A stretch of 63,710 nt of DNA, the filler included, from Octopus bimaculoides (Eukaryota): assembly GCF_001194135.2 (NCBI RefSeq). It is 8 parts of 8 records of this genome, joined end to end, with 100 filler letters (N's around TTAATTAATTAA, not from the genome) between each part and the next. Parts side by side here need not be neighbours in the genome. Positions count along the whole stretch, not along the records: positions 16,464 to 42,384 come from NC_068985.1; 7 more parts are not named here. The stretch is one strand, 5' to 3'. Positions 26,246-37,119 of this stretch are shown piece after piece (positions within the stretch are counted from its first letter, which is position 1; every line of letters begins with the position of its first letter). The position numbers and the translations under genes were made by a program. Under the pieces are notes generated by a model that was given only the letters and a program-made list of their open reading frames with translations, made no database searches and was not told the DNA's origin.

Positions 26246-26348
26246 AATCACTACAATAGTTTCGACACATTTTTACACTTGTGATACACTGGTTAGATGT
26301 AATCATTATCATCCATCCAACGTGTAAGATGTGCCTCCTCAGGTGATT
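26246..26348 (-). ncRNA. Minimal type I hammerhead ribozyme with intact core and extended stem II
   Basis: AATCAC-CTGAGGA-GGCACAT...ATGTGTC-GAAAC-TATT-GTA-GTGATT. 6-bp perfect stem I, canonical G10.1:C11.1 pair, predicted GUA cleavage between 26252 and 26251. Confidence 0.75.
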
Positions 26349-26606
26349 GTTTAAGTAAGTCCATCGTTAGATCCTGCCGTCGTTTCACTGTGAGAATGCA
26401 TACCCAAAGTAATACCATTTTCAGGAGTTTACAAGCCAAACTAAATAAATTATATATATATATATATAGTTTTAGGGAAAAGAACCAAGGTTCATGAACT
26501 CATCGATGAAAATCCACTGTCACGTTTAGAAAAATTAATAATTAAAAGCACAATAAATGAGTATAATATAATCCAAAGTAAATATCATAAGATAAAGATA
26601 ATAAAA

Positions 26607-26722
26607 TGACTACACGTGTTACATAACTAATTTTCAAATAGAAAGGAAATTTAAATCGATTAAAATCGATTAAAATTATCGAAAATCAATTCTATTCAAA
26701 AATACAGCTAATCTTCAGGTCA
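26607..26722 (-). ncRNA. Hammerhead motif with mutated core (GAAAC to GTAAC); paralogue of 16150-16256
   Basis: TGAC-CTGAAGA...GTAAC-ACGT-GTA-GTCA. Confidence 0.5.
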
Positions 26723-26728
26723 AAATAC

Positions 26729-26760
<32 letters not shown>

Positions 26761-27339
26761 GTATATATCAACCAACAATAAGTAACAANNNNNNNNNNNN
26801 NNNNNNNNNNNNNNNNNNNNNNNNNNNNNNNNNNNNNNNNNNNNNNNNNNNNNNNNNNNNNNNNNNNNNNNNNNNNNNNNNNNNNNNNNNNNNNNNNNNN
26901 NNNNNNNNNNNNNNNNNNNNNNNNNNNNNNNNNNNNNNNNNNNNNNNNNNNNNNNNNNNNNNNNNNNNNNNNNNNNNNNNNNNNNNNNNNNNNNNNNNNN
27001 NNNNNNNNNNNNNNNNNNNNNNNNNNNNNNNNNNNNNNNNNNNNNNNNNNNNNNNNNNNNNNNNNNNNNNNNNNNNNNNNNNNNNNNNNNNNNNNNNNNN
27101 NNNNNNNNNNNNNNNNNNNNNNNNNNNNNNNNNNNNNNNNNNNNNNNNNNNNNNNNNNNNNNNNNNNNNNNNNNNNNNNNNNNNNNNNNNNNNNNNNNNN
27201 NNNNNNNNNNNNNNNNNNNNNNNNNNNNNNNNNNNNNNNNNNNNNNNNNNNNNNNNNNNNNNNNNNNNNNNNNNNNNNNNNNNNNNNNNNNNNNNNNNNN
27301 NNNNNNNNNNNNNNNNNNNNNNNNNNNNNNNNNNNNNNN

Positions 27340-27370
<31 letters not shown>

Positions 27371-27479
27371 TATGGAGCATGGGTTCCACATGCTTTAAGT
27401 TACTACAACAAAAATCAACGAGTCACAATCTCTTTCTGAAACTTCGCTGGATTACTTCAAGATCCACTGTTAATTTTAC

Positions 27480-28240
27480 ACTGTTGGGTGACCATAGCTA
27501 GGAGGAGTAATCCAGGCAGCTGAGGACGAAAGTCCTCCAGTGGACCCATATGGTTTCATTTTCTCTGGTTCTGAACGTTCTCCGGATCCTACCAGCCAGT
27601 CATCTGCACTTTGTCGCTATGCTGGTAATGTGCACTTGGAAAGTGCTATCATCACTCATGTTGGTACCCAGGTCCCTCACTGATTTAGGCTCTGGGATTG
27701 TAATCCCCTGTGGACCAGTGTACCCTGTAAGTTTTATATTCAGTTTTGGACGCTGGTAGAGCAGGGCCTGGAATTTTTCAGCATTAAGCTGCGTATTATT
27801 ATCCTCAGCCCATCTATAAATTGAATCCATCTCCTGCTGCAGGTGTGCAACATCGCTAGGGTTCTGCATTTTATGCGAGACTTTCGTATCTTCTACGTAG
27901 CTAGCAAGGGTGGCTATCTAGGCAGTTGAGGGCATATCTGAGAGGGCCACTATGAAAAGCAGTGGTCCGAAGACAGTACCCTGTGGAACACCACTCACTA
28001 ATTCTGTTTTCATTGAGGTGGCTCCATTGGCCACTACTTCTGACTTTCAGAAAGTCATGTAACGACTATCCAAGTTTTCCAGCCATGCCGAGATCACGCA
28101 GTTTGTGGTATGTCATACCATGATCCACTTTGCCAAAAGCTTTTGCAGAATAAAGGTATATTACGTCTACATTTCAGTTGTTGCGTAACTGCTCCAACAC
28201 CCAGTCAGGGTGTTGAGGCAGTTGGTCATCATTTTTTTAG
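27480..28240 (-). mobile_element. LINE RT fragment (CR1/L2/Jockey-like)
   Basis: AKAFGKVDHG, SGVPQGTVFGPLLF, YVEDTKV, LQQEMDSIYRWAEDN, VRDLGTNM; frameshifts and stops present. Confidence 0.9.
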
Positions 28241-28357
28241 TCTGCAGTGAAATAGCTAAAATTTGCTCTGTTTATAGTTATACCACATTTTACACACACA
28301 CACACACACAAACATATATGCCAAATGGAAGATGGAATATACGAGAATTAATTATTA

Positions 28358-28427
28358 ATCACAACAATTGTTTCGACACATCTAGTTCAGGAGTATCCGG
28401 CAGTACAGATGTATCTCACCGGGCGAT
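28358..28427 (-). ncRNA. Degenerate hammerhead motif (core CCGGTGA), same family as 26246-26348
   Basis: ATCGC-CCGGTGA-GATACATCT...AGATGTGTC-GAAAC-AATT-GTT-GTGAT, with palindromic CAATTG in loop III. Confidence 0.5.
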
Positions 28428-28789
28428 AAATAGACGCAACTCGTTAAAATAATAGTCCTGCAAAATAACTTCTTGTTTTGTAGAATGAAAAGCAGCCAGA
28501 CGGAGGAAATATCTTCGTTTACATTGAAGAGCAAAAATAAGATCACAGATGGTAGAAAGAGAAACGAACACGCAATTCAGCAAGAAAAGTATTAGAAATA
28601 ACAGTTAAAAAATATGGATGTATAAACGCCCTCGGGCAAGCTGCATGACGTGAGTACACTCGCTCATAGAAGCATCCGCGAAAATGTGGGCATACGCACA
28701 CGTGACGTTTGGTGCACTCATGATCACAAAGAGAGTTAACTATCTACTTGGTGTTTGTAAAAATGGGGAGGTTAAAAGTAAACTTAAGT

Positions 28790-29165
28790 CATCCATACCT
28801 TAAAGTAAATTGTGCTAACAGTTACCCAAAATTCATTGTGCGAAAGTGCCTTTGTATGCTTGTAGGCATCTCCAGAGTCTTCCAGAAATTCTATTAATGC
28901 TTTCATTAGTCTACAGAATAGACAGATTCCTTGGAGCAGAGACTGCATCTCCTGGAAATTATATTGCATGGTTTCACGTGCCTTACTATGGACCACTTTA
29001 TGCTGTACTTCATTTTATCCTTCAGTCGCGATACAAAATCGGCCAAAGATATTGAATGTCTTTTATTGATTATCTTAAAGCTGTCGACATGGTTACGATA
29101 ACGATTCTTAAATGAATCAGCCGTCTGCCCAATGTAAACATACGGACCCCACCACCGCTTGTGTT
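28790..29165 (-). mobile_element. Penelope-like element GIY-YIG endonuclease remnant
   Basis: YIGQTADSFKNRYRNH..F..SLADFV..LK..YSIKWSIV..C.LC..E is the typical C-terminus of a Penelope GIY-YIG domain. The AT-rich 29.3-30.8 kb stretch may be the decayed RT. Confidence 0.85.
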
Positions 29166-29168
29166 CAC

Positions 29169-29210
<42 letters not shown>

Positions 29211-31723
29211 AGATTTGTACTCATACAAAGATCAATGGACATTTTGATTTTTCTCTGCATTTATGAGCATTTATCGTATTTATTTGTATATAAGGTGATA
29301 TATTTGTATACAAGTTAACCTAAAAAATTCAGATATAAAGGTTTCTTCGTTTGCTATACATGGAAGATGATTTAACACAGACGTCTCTTATGTAGCTCTA
29401 CATATATTTCAAATATGGTTTCAGTAAAATACCTAAAAATTATTCTGTCGAGGGGTTTCAAATGGTGGGCTTGTCACTACTGGTGTTAATTTTAAACCAT
29501 TTGTATGAAGAACATGTAAAGAAACAAGCAACAATCCTTTACTGACATCATTTTATAGTCTTGCTTATGGGGAATTTTGGTAATCTACACAATTGATTTG
29601 CATTGCATTTCAAATAAAGTTCACCAGAATCACGTAGCCTTTAGTAATTATTTCCAAAATAGTTTCTCCTTTAATTATTTCTAAATCCTTTCTCCCATTA
29701 TTATTTTCAAACATGTTTCTCCCGTAATTGTTCATTGCTCGTTGTGAAAACTGATTAATCCTCGATTTAGATGTTTCTCTACTTCACAACAATTGGTTTT
29801 ATTTCCTTGAGTGATTTGTAAATCTGTATATAGATTGGTTTCTGTTAAATTCAACTTTCACATTTCCGTTGAACATTACTTCGGTATTTCTTATGAATTT
29901 CTAAAGCTCGATTCATCTTGTGTTTATTTTACGAATTCTGTATAAAACACTATTTTAGTTTTAATTTTTCATGGATGTATTTTCCGAAGAATAATCTTCT
30001 TGAAAGTTCTTTTTGCAACTCCAAAAACGATTATCACTTTACTTTAATCATTGAAGCGAAATAATTTCCTTGTTTTCACATTCTTCTTTCCATTTTTCAC
30101 AGATATTTTCAACAGTGTGTCTTTTGTACTATCTTGGATACTTCAATGAGCATTTCTTCATCAATAGTAGCTCTATTCTATTCTGAAATTTTCTAGAGCT
30201 ATTCTTTAGATGTTCTGATTCGTCTTAAACTGGTTTGATATATAATTTTCTAACGAGAATTATCGGTGTTAAATTAATCCATCTTTCAAATATGCCAACT
30301 TTATAACTATCTTCACTTATTTCAAACTGAAAATATGCAGTAATGAAGGTTCATGTTTTAGACGAGGCTAATATGGCTTTAATTGTTGACCGAGTTGCAA
30401 TCTCATTTCTTATGACGGTTGTCTATGTTTTTGTTGAAATTCTTGATTCATGAATACATTCCGAAAAAGTTCTGCATAAACGACATAAATTCACACTAAT
30501 TTACTTAAAATTTATTCTCTTTTCCTCTTTATTAACTTCTCTAGCAAAGTAGTGTAGCTTTTCTTTTTCGGCTATTGACAAGTTTCGAGCTAACTGCAAT
30601 CGGTTCTTTTAAAATATTTTCATTTGTTGCTTTTTAGATTTGTTCATTTTTTTTTACACATTTTCTTTCCTTCTTTGGTAGTTAATACAAAAATATATAA
30701 AATATAGATCGCAATATATAGAAAAATAAAATATATAGAAAAATGTTATAAAATGAAGAAAATGAACAATTCTTTTTCTATGACAATTAACTGAATTATT
30801 CTAAAATACATTATTAAAATCAAATTGTTGTAAAAATACATTATTAAATACCGGTTTCACTTCTTATGAGAGAGTCATTATTATGTCCATGTATAATGTC
30901 TGCATCTTAGCGTTCATTTATGATAAGATATACTATAGTTTACCAAGCCCCGTTATTTATATATATATAATGTGTGTGTGTGTGCATGTGCGTATGTATA
31001 TGAAAAGATGTTTTCCTAGGCTTAAAATGCAGTAACATAGTTCTGTATAGAACATCCACGTTATAGTGGCAAAAAAAAACACTACTATCTAGTACCGTTA
31101 CTACATATATCTCTTTTAGAGATTTTAGAACTAGCTGCTTTGCTCGCACGCACGCACACACACACACACACACACACACATGTATGTATGTNNNNNNNNN
31201 NATATATATATATGCATTTTGAGCAATCACCCTATTTCTATTTCCTCCTGTCTACTTAAATATGTGGTTACTTTTAGAAATGTATCACTTTTTCAACTTC
31301 AAGTTCAGCGCAAGTCAAGATTTGAACTTCTTTAATCCACAAACAGACGGCTGACCTTTCGTTGCGATGGTTGGTGCATCACACTATTCTGCGACAACGA
31401 AGTACCGCTACTTCTACAATTTTATTGCACCAGGGGCTTCGTTCAGACAGGATCAGTTACGAATCTTCTGTCCCCTGCGCGGTTGCTTCCGGCGTCAATG
31501 CCGAATGTGAAAAGACGAATAACAACAAACTATAAAATGAAATAATTCAACTACGAGTTGACAGCCATATTATTATATATTATTAGTTCAAGTGTACGAA
31601 CAAGTAAACATTTGCTGATACAAAGTTCTGGAAACTAAAATTAAAATAATAAAAAAATTATCGAACAAAGCTGAAATACATGAAGATTACAATTTTAATA
31701 TACTTTCAACTAACCATCAAGTA

Positions 31724-31931
31724 ACGAGGAGGTGCTGAAAAGTTCCTGGCTTTGTGGCGTCACGAAAGGCCTGGTTGGAGGCTCAACCTTTCGTGTTCTT
31801 TTATAGAGCTGAGAAAAACTGAAGGCTGCTACAATAAGTGTATAAATCTGAAAGGAGTATATATTGAATAAAATCATAATCAGCTTTATTTTCTCTTACT
31901 CAAAGCCAGGAACTTTTCAGCACACTCTCGT
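31724..31931. mobile_element. Mariner-type MITE family M, copy 2 (complete)
   Basis: TIRs ACGAGGAGGTGCTGAAAAGTTCCTGGCTTT / AAAGCCAGGAACTTTTCAGCACACTCTCGT, TA-flanked. Confidence 0.85.
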
Positions 31932-32454
31932 ATTCTTATTGTTTCTCTTGACTTTGGTTATAGTCTATTTTCGATTAAACTAGACTGACGCAGTTTATTT
32001 CCGACTTGTGTATACTTACTCTTCATGAAGTGTGTTAGGTTATGCTTGCTTGATAAAGTATATCCTTCCCAACGGACAAGTTGTAACTAGCACTGTACAC
32101 CAACAAATTATTCAAGGGTTTCGCAGTGTTATCGCTGCGTACAGAATTGGGGCGTTCTTTTGCAACAATATCTACTTAAGTTTATGCGGACTGAGCCATT
32201 TAAGATGAAATATACTTGATAAAGAACAATGCAATCCTCGTGGCTATTTGTTTTGTGCTCTATGAACTCAGTTGTGTGATAAACCTATATCCTCTTACCG
32301 AATATTATTAGCTAGAACTTACGACGCAGGATGGCCAAATGGTTAAGAACTTAGTGTCATGATCTTGAGGTATCGGATTCAGTCCTACTGAATGGTATCT
32401 TATACAGTTTGTTTTTTATCAAGCCGCTTTAGTGAAATGGTGTGGATCGGAACA

Positions 32455-32521
32455 AGCTAGGAAGTCTTTAGCTGGGAAGTCTTTTGCTGGGAAGTCTTTA
32501 GCTGGGAAGTCTTTAGCTGGG
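32455..32521. repeat. 15-bp minisatellite (AGCTGGGAAGTCTTT) x about 4.5
   Basis: Units start at 32455, 32470, 32485, 32500 and 32515 (partial). Confidence 0.9.
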
Positions 32522-33344
32522 TCGTCTCAATGATTCAAAGATGCAAATTGTAATACATTATGTTACCCAAATTTTGCTTGAGAATTAGGTTAAAGGTATT
32601 TTACCTGTGGAATATTCAGTTACTGATACGGAAATCTAAATAAGTAGGTAATTCAGTTGATCGAATAACTCAACCCCATCATCGGAACCGATGGAGAACC
32701 ACTCACTATCTAGAATGAGATTATCTAATGTGCACCTTGTTAAAAGATGGGTAATTGCTACTTGCGAAACATTAGACCCTTTCTTCTAGTAAGTCAAACG
32801 ATATTGTAGAAGAAGCTCCACCCAGGGCAAACTGAATTCAAATTATAGCTAAATGGTATTACTGAAATTACAATTGGAATGGAATAACAGAATTATCGGC
32901 GGATCGACGGAGAAATAATAATTTTGTGATATTTGGTTATATCACTTTGCGTTGTGTGTTTAAATACCACTGAAGATGACTTTGTAGCTCATCTTACCGG
33001 GATCGATTAAGTACCAGTGAAGTGCCGTTCGTCAATTTAATGAATTACCATTTTCCCACAAGTTTCTGACCTTTTATTGATGTTAGAAAAAAATTAAGGG
33101 CGCCGAATTAACAGAGTCGTCAGAGAATCGGAGGAAACATTTGAAATCCAAGTTCTGAGTTGAAATCTCGCTGATATACAATTTGACTTTCATTCTTCCG
33201 GAGTTGGAGGCTCACTTAAAATTTTTGACTGTGTATGTGTGACATAAATAATTGTCAAATATTTGTAAAGCAATGATTAAATTTTGCAGTGGAATGGTCA
33301 GATCAGTGATAGGATATAAAATTAGTAGTTCTGTGATATTTAGT

Positions 33345-33712
33345 TAAATTCCACTGAGGACGACTTTGCCTTTCATCTTTCTTAGATCGTAAAACAAGCA
33401 CCTGTCAAGCACCGAGAGTATAAGTAATTGATAACTACCTACTTCCAAATGTACTGCTTTAAAGAAAGTATTATAAAGTTTTGCGTGAAAGACGGTGAAC
33501 CACAGAATTAGCGGGATAAAAATCATTTGGTCCGGTGCGGTAACGATTCCGCCAATCTATCGCTCCAAACAATGTCTTATATAGATACAGTCGTAAATTT
33601 GGAGGAGAGATTTAAACGTGGAAATTGAACCCAGAACCTGAAAAGGCAGGTTATTTTATCGAACTCGAAAGTGATGTTGATCTCGATGAGACTTGAAGTG
33701 AGGACGTGATGC

Positions 33713-33749
<37 letters not shown>

Positions 33750-33860
33750 CCTTTCTACTGAAGGCACAAGGCCTTGAAATTTTGGGTACTCAATTTATCG
33801 ACCCCCCCACCGGGGGTTAAACATAGAGGGGCAAACAGAACATGTGAGACATAAAACATA
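33345..33860. mobile_element. Cluster of SINE A-related fragments
   Basis: Plus-strand core at 33345-33440. Minus-strand head and degenerate copy at 33481-33700, then an (AAT)n tail and a subfamily 3' end. Confidence 0.65.
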
Positions 33861-34640
33861 TAAAAATAAAATGAATGTTATAACGTAAAAAATGGAAATG
33901 GAACCACTCGCCTCACTTACGAATGGCCTCATTTTCTTCTTTTTAAATCCTGAACCAGGGTTAATTTATTAACAGTTAAAATTAGTAGAATTTACTCAGT
34001 ATACCATTCGTCTTCCTTCCAATAATTGGTTATTACCATCATTAAAAAAAAAGGAATCCTTATAATAATACTTCTTATGTAGATAGCTGCAGAGTAACGT
34101 AGCGAACCATGTTCTTTAGATATTTTTTGTAGCAAACATCTTATATAAGTAACTCATTATTTATATTTCCTTTTTACCTGATTTTAGAAATGGTTTAATC
34201 TGTCTTAAAATAATGGAATTGCCACCAGTAACACTTATATAGCTATCTTTCTGGTGGTTTTGTATTTTAGTAATATTTTACAAAATAACCTATGCAATAT
34301 CGATAAACAAAAACGAAACAGCTTGACAATTCCTTTAATGTAATTATAACAAAAAAGATACAGACATTGTTTGTTGCTAAAAATAAGCCTCCTTTTGTAT
34401 AAAAAGGTAATTCGAGAAAAAAACAACAAAAAAAAAAAGACACTGCTAGCTGCCTCGGTATTGGAAATTTATTGAGTAAGTACCGAGCTGTTTTGTTTTG
34501 GTTGTACAAAATAGTTGATTGCAAAGATGGGTTTCCGGAGATGGTGTTAATACTGTTGTGGAAGTCGAGTGTTTGTTTCAGAAAATACTTTTATGCAAAA
34601 CAAACCAATTAACCAGATACCCCACCCCCACCGGTAGAGA

Positions 34641-36851
34641 ATGTCGAAGTCGCTACTGAATGTTTATAAACAGCAAAACCCGGACGCATCTTGTCAACTA
34701 AGTAAATCGACTCTTGGCTGTGTTCCTAAATTAAATAACAGAAACAATGACAACTTCGAACAGGATAATGGAAGCGATGGCTCCGTTGGTGATCGGTTTC
34801 GTAGTCATACAATTGGTGAACGAATTAACGAAGCCATTTGGGAAAATTGTCGAAGAAGTATTGGTGAGCCACTAAACAATTCCAGGGTTACTGACAGAAG
34901 CAGCAACTATGGTTCAACAAACTCGAGAACATTGTATGGGAAAGCATATGTCGACAAAAATCCTTCGATCCCAACAGCGACAGAATCAAAACAATCAGGG
35001 ATAACTACTAAACATATATGTGAACCTAAGACTGAACCTTCAGTAGAGCAAACCGATCGGCCAGATCGTTTGAATATCAATAATTCGCAAACAGAAATAT
35101 CTCCCCTAAATGCAAACACAAAGGAAGAAATGCAGTCAATCAATCGGCATTTTGCTCCTAATATGTTACAAAACACTGTAGCCAATAAAACTGCAGCCTT
35201 ACCTGATGTCGGGTTAGCCGAGTCGAAACGTTTCCCTTCCGATGATCCCGAAAGCAGCCAAACACTACATGTGGTCCTACTGGATGTGTCTAACCCTAAT
35301 ACGCATCAGAAAAAGAGAGAGATGAAAGATTTTAGCAGTCTTACGACAGCTGGTCCGAATTTGTTAGAACACCAATCAGACTCACAATCGAACGGGAATT
35401 TAAATAATGTGTCAAAAGATCCGAGTGAGCAATTCATTAGATCCAGAAAATGCGTAAAAAATATCGAACACAACAACAATAACTATAATAATTTTCAAAG
35501 AAGTGAGGATAATGAGAAAAAATTCAACGGTGATTTAAAACCTGGAGTTGAATATGGAAATAAGACGTCCTTTAATATGCCTGCTGTATTTATGAATTCT
35601 TCATCTACTAGTAGAGGGGACAATGCTGGCCCGTCTAATTTCTGGCAGCCTGATTTAGTTGCAATGCAAGATGATCAAACGTTAGAGCAAGTTCCTATCA
35701 ATAAAAAACCACGCCAAACGGTTAACGATCAGTTTAGTGTCTGTGTACCTTCTCCAGCTCGCTCACCTTTCAAAAGTGTGTTGCCAAGCAATAATTTGCA
35801 AATCGAGCCAGTAATGAAGAAAGCTACCGTTTCAGTAACTAATAAAGAAGCTATTGCTGTCAAAGAGTCTATGGAATGCACTACAGTTGGATATCGGTCA
35901 GTGCCATCGGGCAATTTCACCGCTTCTCAAACTGGAAAAAACCCAGCTATTTCAGGAAATTCAGCATTCAGACCAAACCTGGTTACGTATCTGGTTTTAA
36001 ACCAAGAGAATAAAGCTGTCATGAGTAACTGTATTTTGCCGCAACCAGATAATTTATCTCAAGGTTTAAATTTTCCTTCGCAAGAAATGCATCGTCAGTT
36101 AATAGAACACACGGGACAAATACAGACGAATCCAGTACAAAACTATCTAACTGTGGCTAAAACAGATCAACTGATTCCGTGCATGGTAAGTCGTCCAAAT
36201 GTGTTCCAAGGTGTTTGTAGGCAAGCGAATCAAGCTAATAGTTTGAGTCACTGTAATGGAGAGAATAATTTGATACAATTTCGAAACCAAATATTATGGC
36301 AGCATCTGCAAGAGCTGCATAGAAAACAGGCAATCGAGTGTCAACTACCGTCATGTCACTATAGCCAAAACACTCAGGACTCAAATGCTTCACATGTCGA
36401 ACCATGTAACGAAATAAAGAATCCTATAAACGCACGATCACCACATGTTTCTGATAGTAATTTTATTAAAAAATTTCGGATCCTATTTCCGACTTTGAAA
36501 GCGTCATTGCGTAAAGTATTTAAAACTTCTTCTGAAGCAGTCTCTCAGAATATTGCAGGAAATCATTCGGAGAAAATGTTTATAAAGGACTTTGAAAATT
36601 CCCTTGAAGATTTAATGGGAATTTTGGATAGGGCTGAGATTTATTTGCAATCTGCGAAAGAAATCCAGATGCAGTCATTTCATGATACCTGGTTTACGCC
36701 TTACAAATGTCAAGACCAAATACCGTCTAAAACCTACTCGGACTACTGCAATGTGGCGATCAAGCAAATTAAGGTCGTCCAAGAAATCCACGATGCTATG
36801 TTATTTTTGAATAGTTTCAATAATAATAATGATAAAGAACTGAACAAATGA
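34641..36851 (+). CDS. MED29-like: Intronless 736-aa protein: ~600-aa low-complexity N-terminus plus a C-terminal MED29/Intersex-like domain (aa ~605-721, nt 36453-36803)
   Basis: Three colinear blocks match remembered human MED29: DSNFIKKFRILFPTLKASLRKVFK..QN vs DFDPVQRYKMLIPQLKESLQTLMK..QN; FENSLEDLMGILDRAEIYLQSAKEIQMQS vs FDKCLEEFYALCDQLELCLRLAHECLSQS; YSDYCNVAIKQIKVVQEIHDAML vs YPQYLAVIKAQISCAKDIHTALL. An in-frame TAG lies two codons upstream of the ATG. Possible 5' UTR intron at 34476-34581. Confidence 0.8.
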   Translation: MSKSLLNVYKQQNPDASCQLSKSTLGCVPKLNNRNNDNFEQDNGSDGSVGDRFRSHTIGERINEAIWENCRRSIGEPLNNSRVTDRSSNYGSTNSRTLYGKAYVDKNPSIPTATESKQSGITTKHICEPKTEPSVEQTDRPDRLNINNSQTEISPLNANTKEEMQSINRHFAPNMLQNTVANKTAALPDVGLAESKRFPSDDPESSQTLHVVLLDVSNPNTHQKKREMKDFSSLTTAGPNLLEHQSDSQSNGNLNNVSKDPSEQFIRSRKCVKNIEHNNNNYNNFQRSEDNEKKFNGDLKPGVEYGNKTSFNMPAVFMNSSSTSRGDNAGPSNFWQPDLVAMQDDQTLEQVPINKKPRQTVNDQFSVCVPSPARSPFKSVLPSNNLQIEPVMKKATVSVTNKEAIAVKESMECTTVGYRSVPSGNFTASQTGKNPAISGNSAFRPNLVTYLVLNQENKAVMSNCILPQPDNLSQGLNFPSQEMHRQLIEHTGQIQTNPVQNYLTVAKTDQLIPCMVSRPNVFQGVCRQANQANSLSHCNGENNLIQFRNQILWQHLQELHRKQAIECQLPSCHYSQNTQDSNASHVEPCNEIKNPINARSPHVSDSNFIKKFRILFPTLKASLRKVFKTSSEAVSQNIAGNHSEKMFIKDFENSLEDLMGILDRAEIYLQSAKEIQMQSFHDTWFTPYKCQDQIPSKTYSDYCNVAIKQIKVVQEIHDAMLFLNSFNNNNDKELNK

Positions 36852-37119
36852 ACATATCTGAATCAATGTTAACTTTTTTGTTTAAAGTTTTTATTATAAC
36901 ATTTTGGTTTTCGTTATTTTCCAGATCAATCAAACAATATTAGTAATATTGATCTGCTGAATGATAGTAATATTGGTGTATCTTGATAGGATCATTTTGC
37001 CAATGAGAAACACACGCACTGACAGAATATTCATCCCAATACACAGAATCTACTTTAATACCCGATTTCACACACGAAAAATAAACTTGCAAAACTCCTA
37101 CAAAAACTAAGGTAATATT

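Noticed and set aside
32455-32521. Short regular repeat as a CRISPR-like array
   Set aside because: No spacers, eukaryotic context and no cas genes; simple minisatellite.
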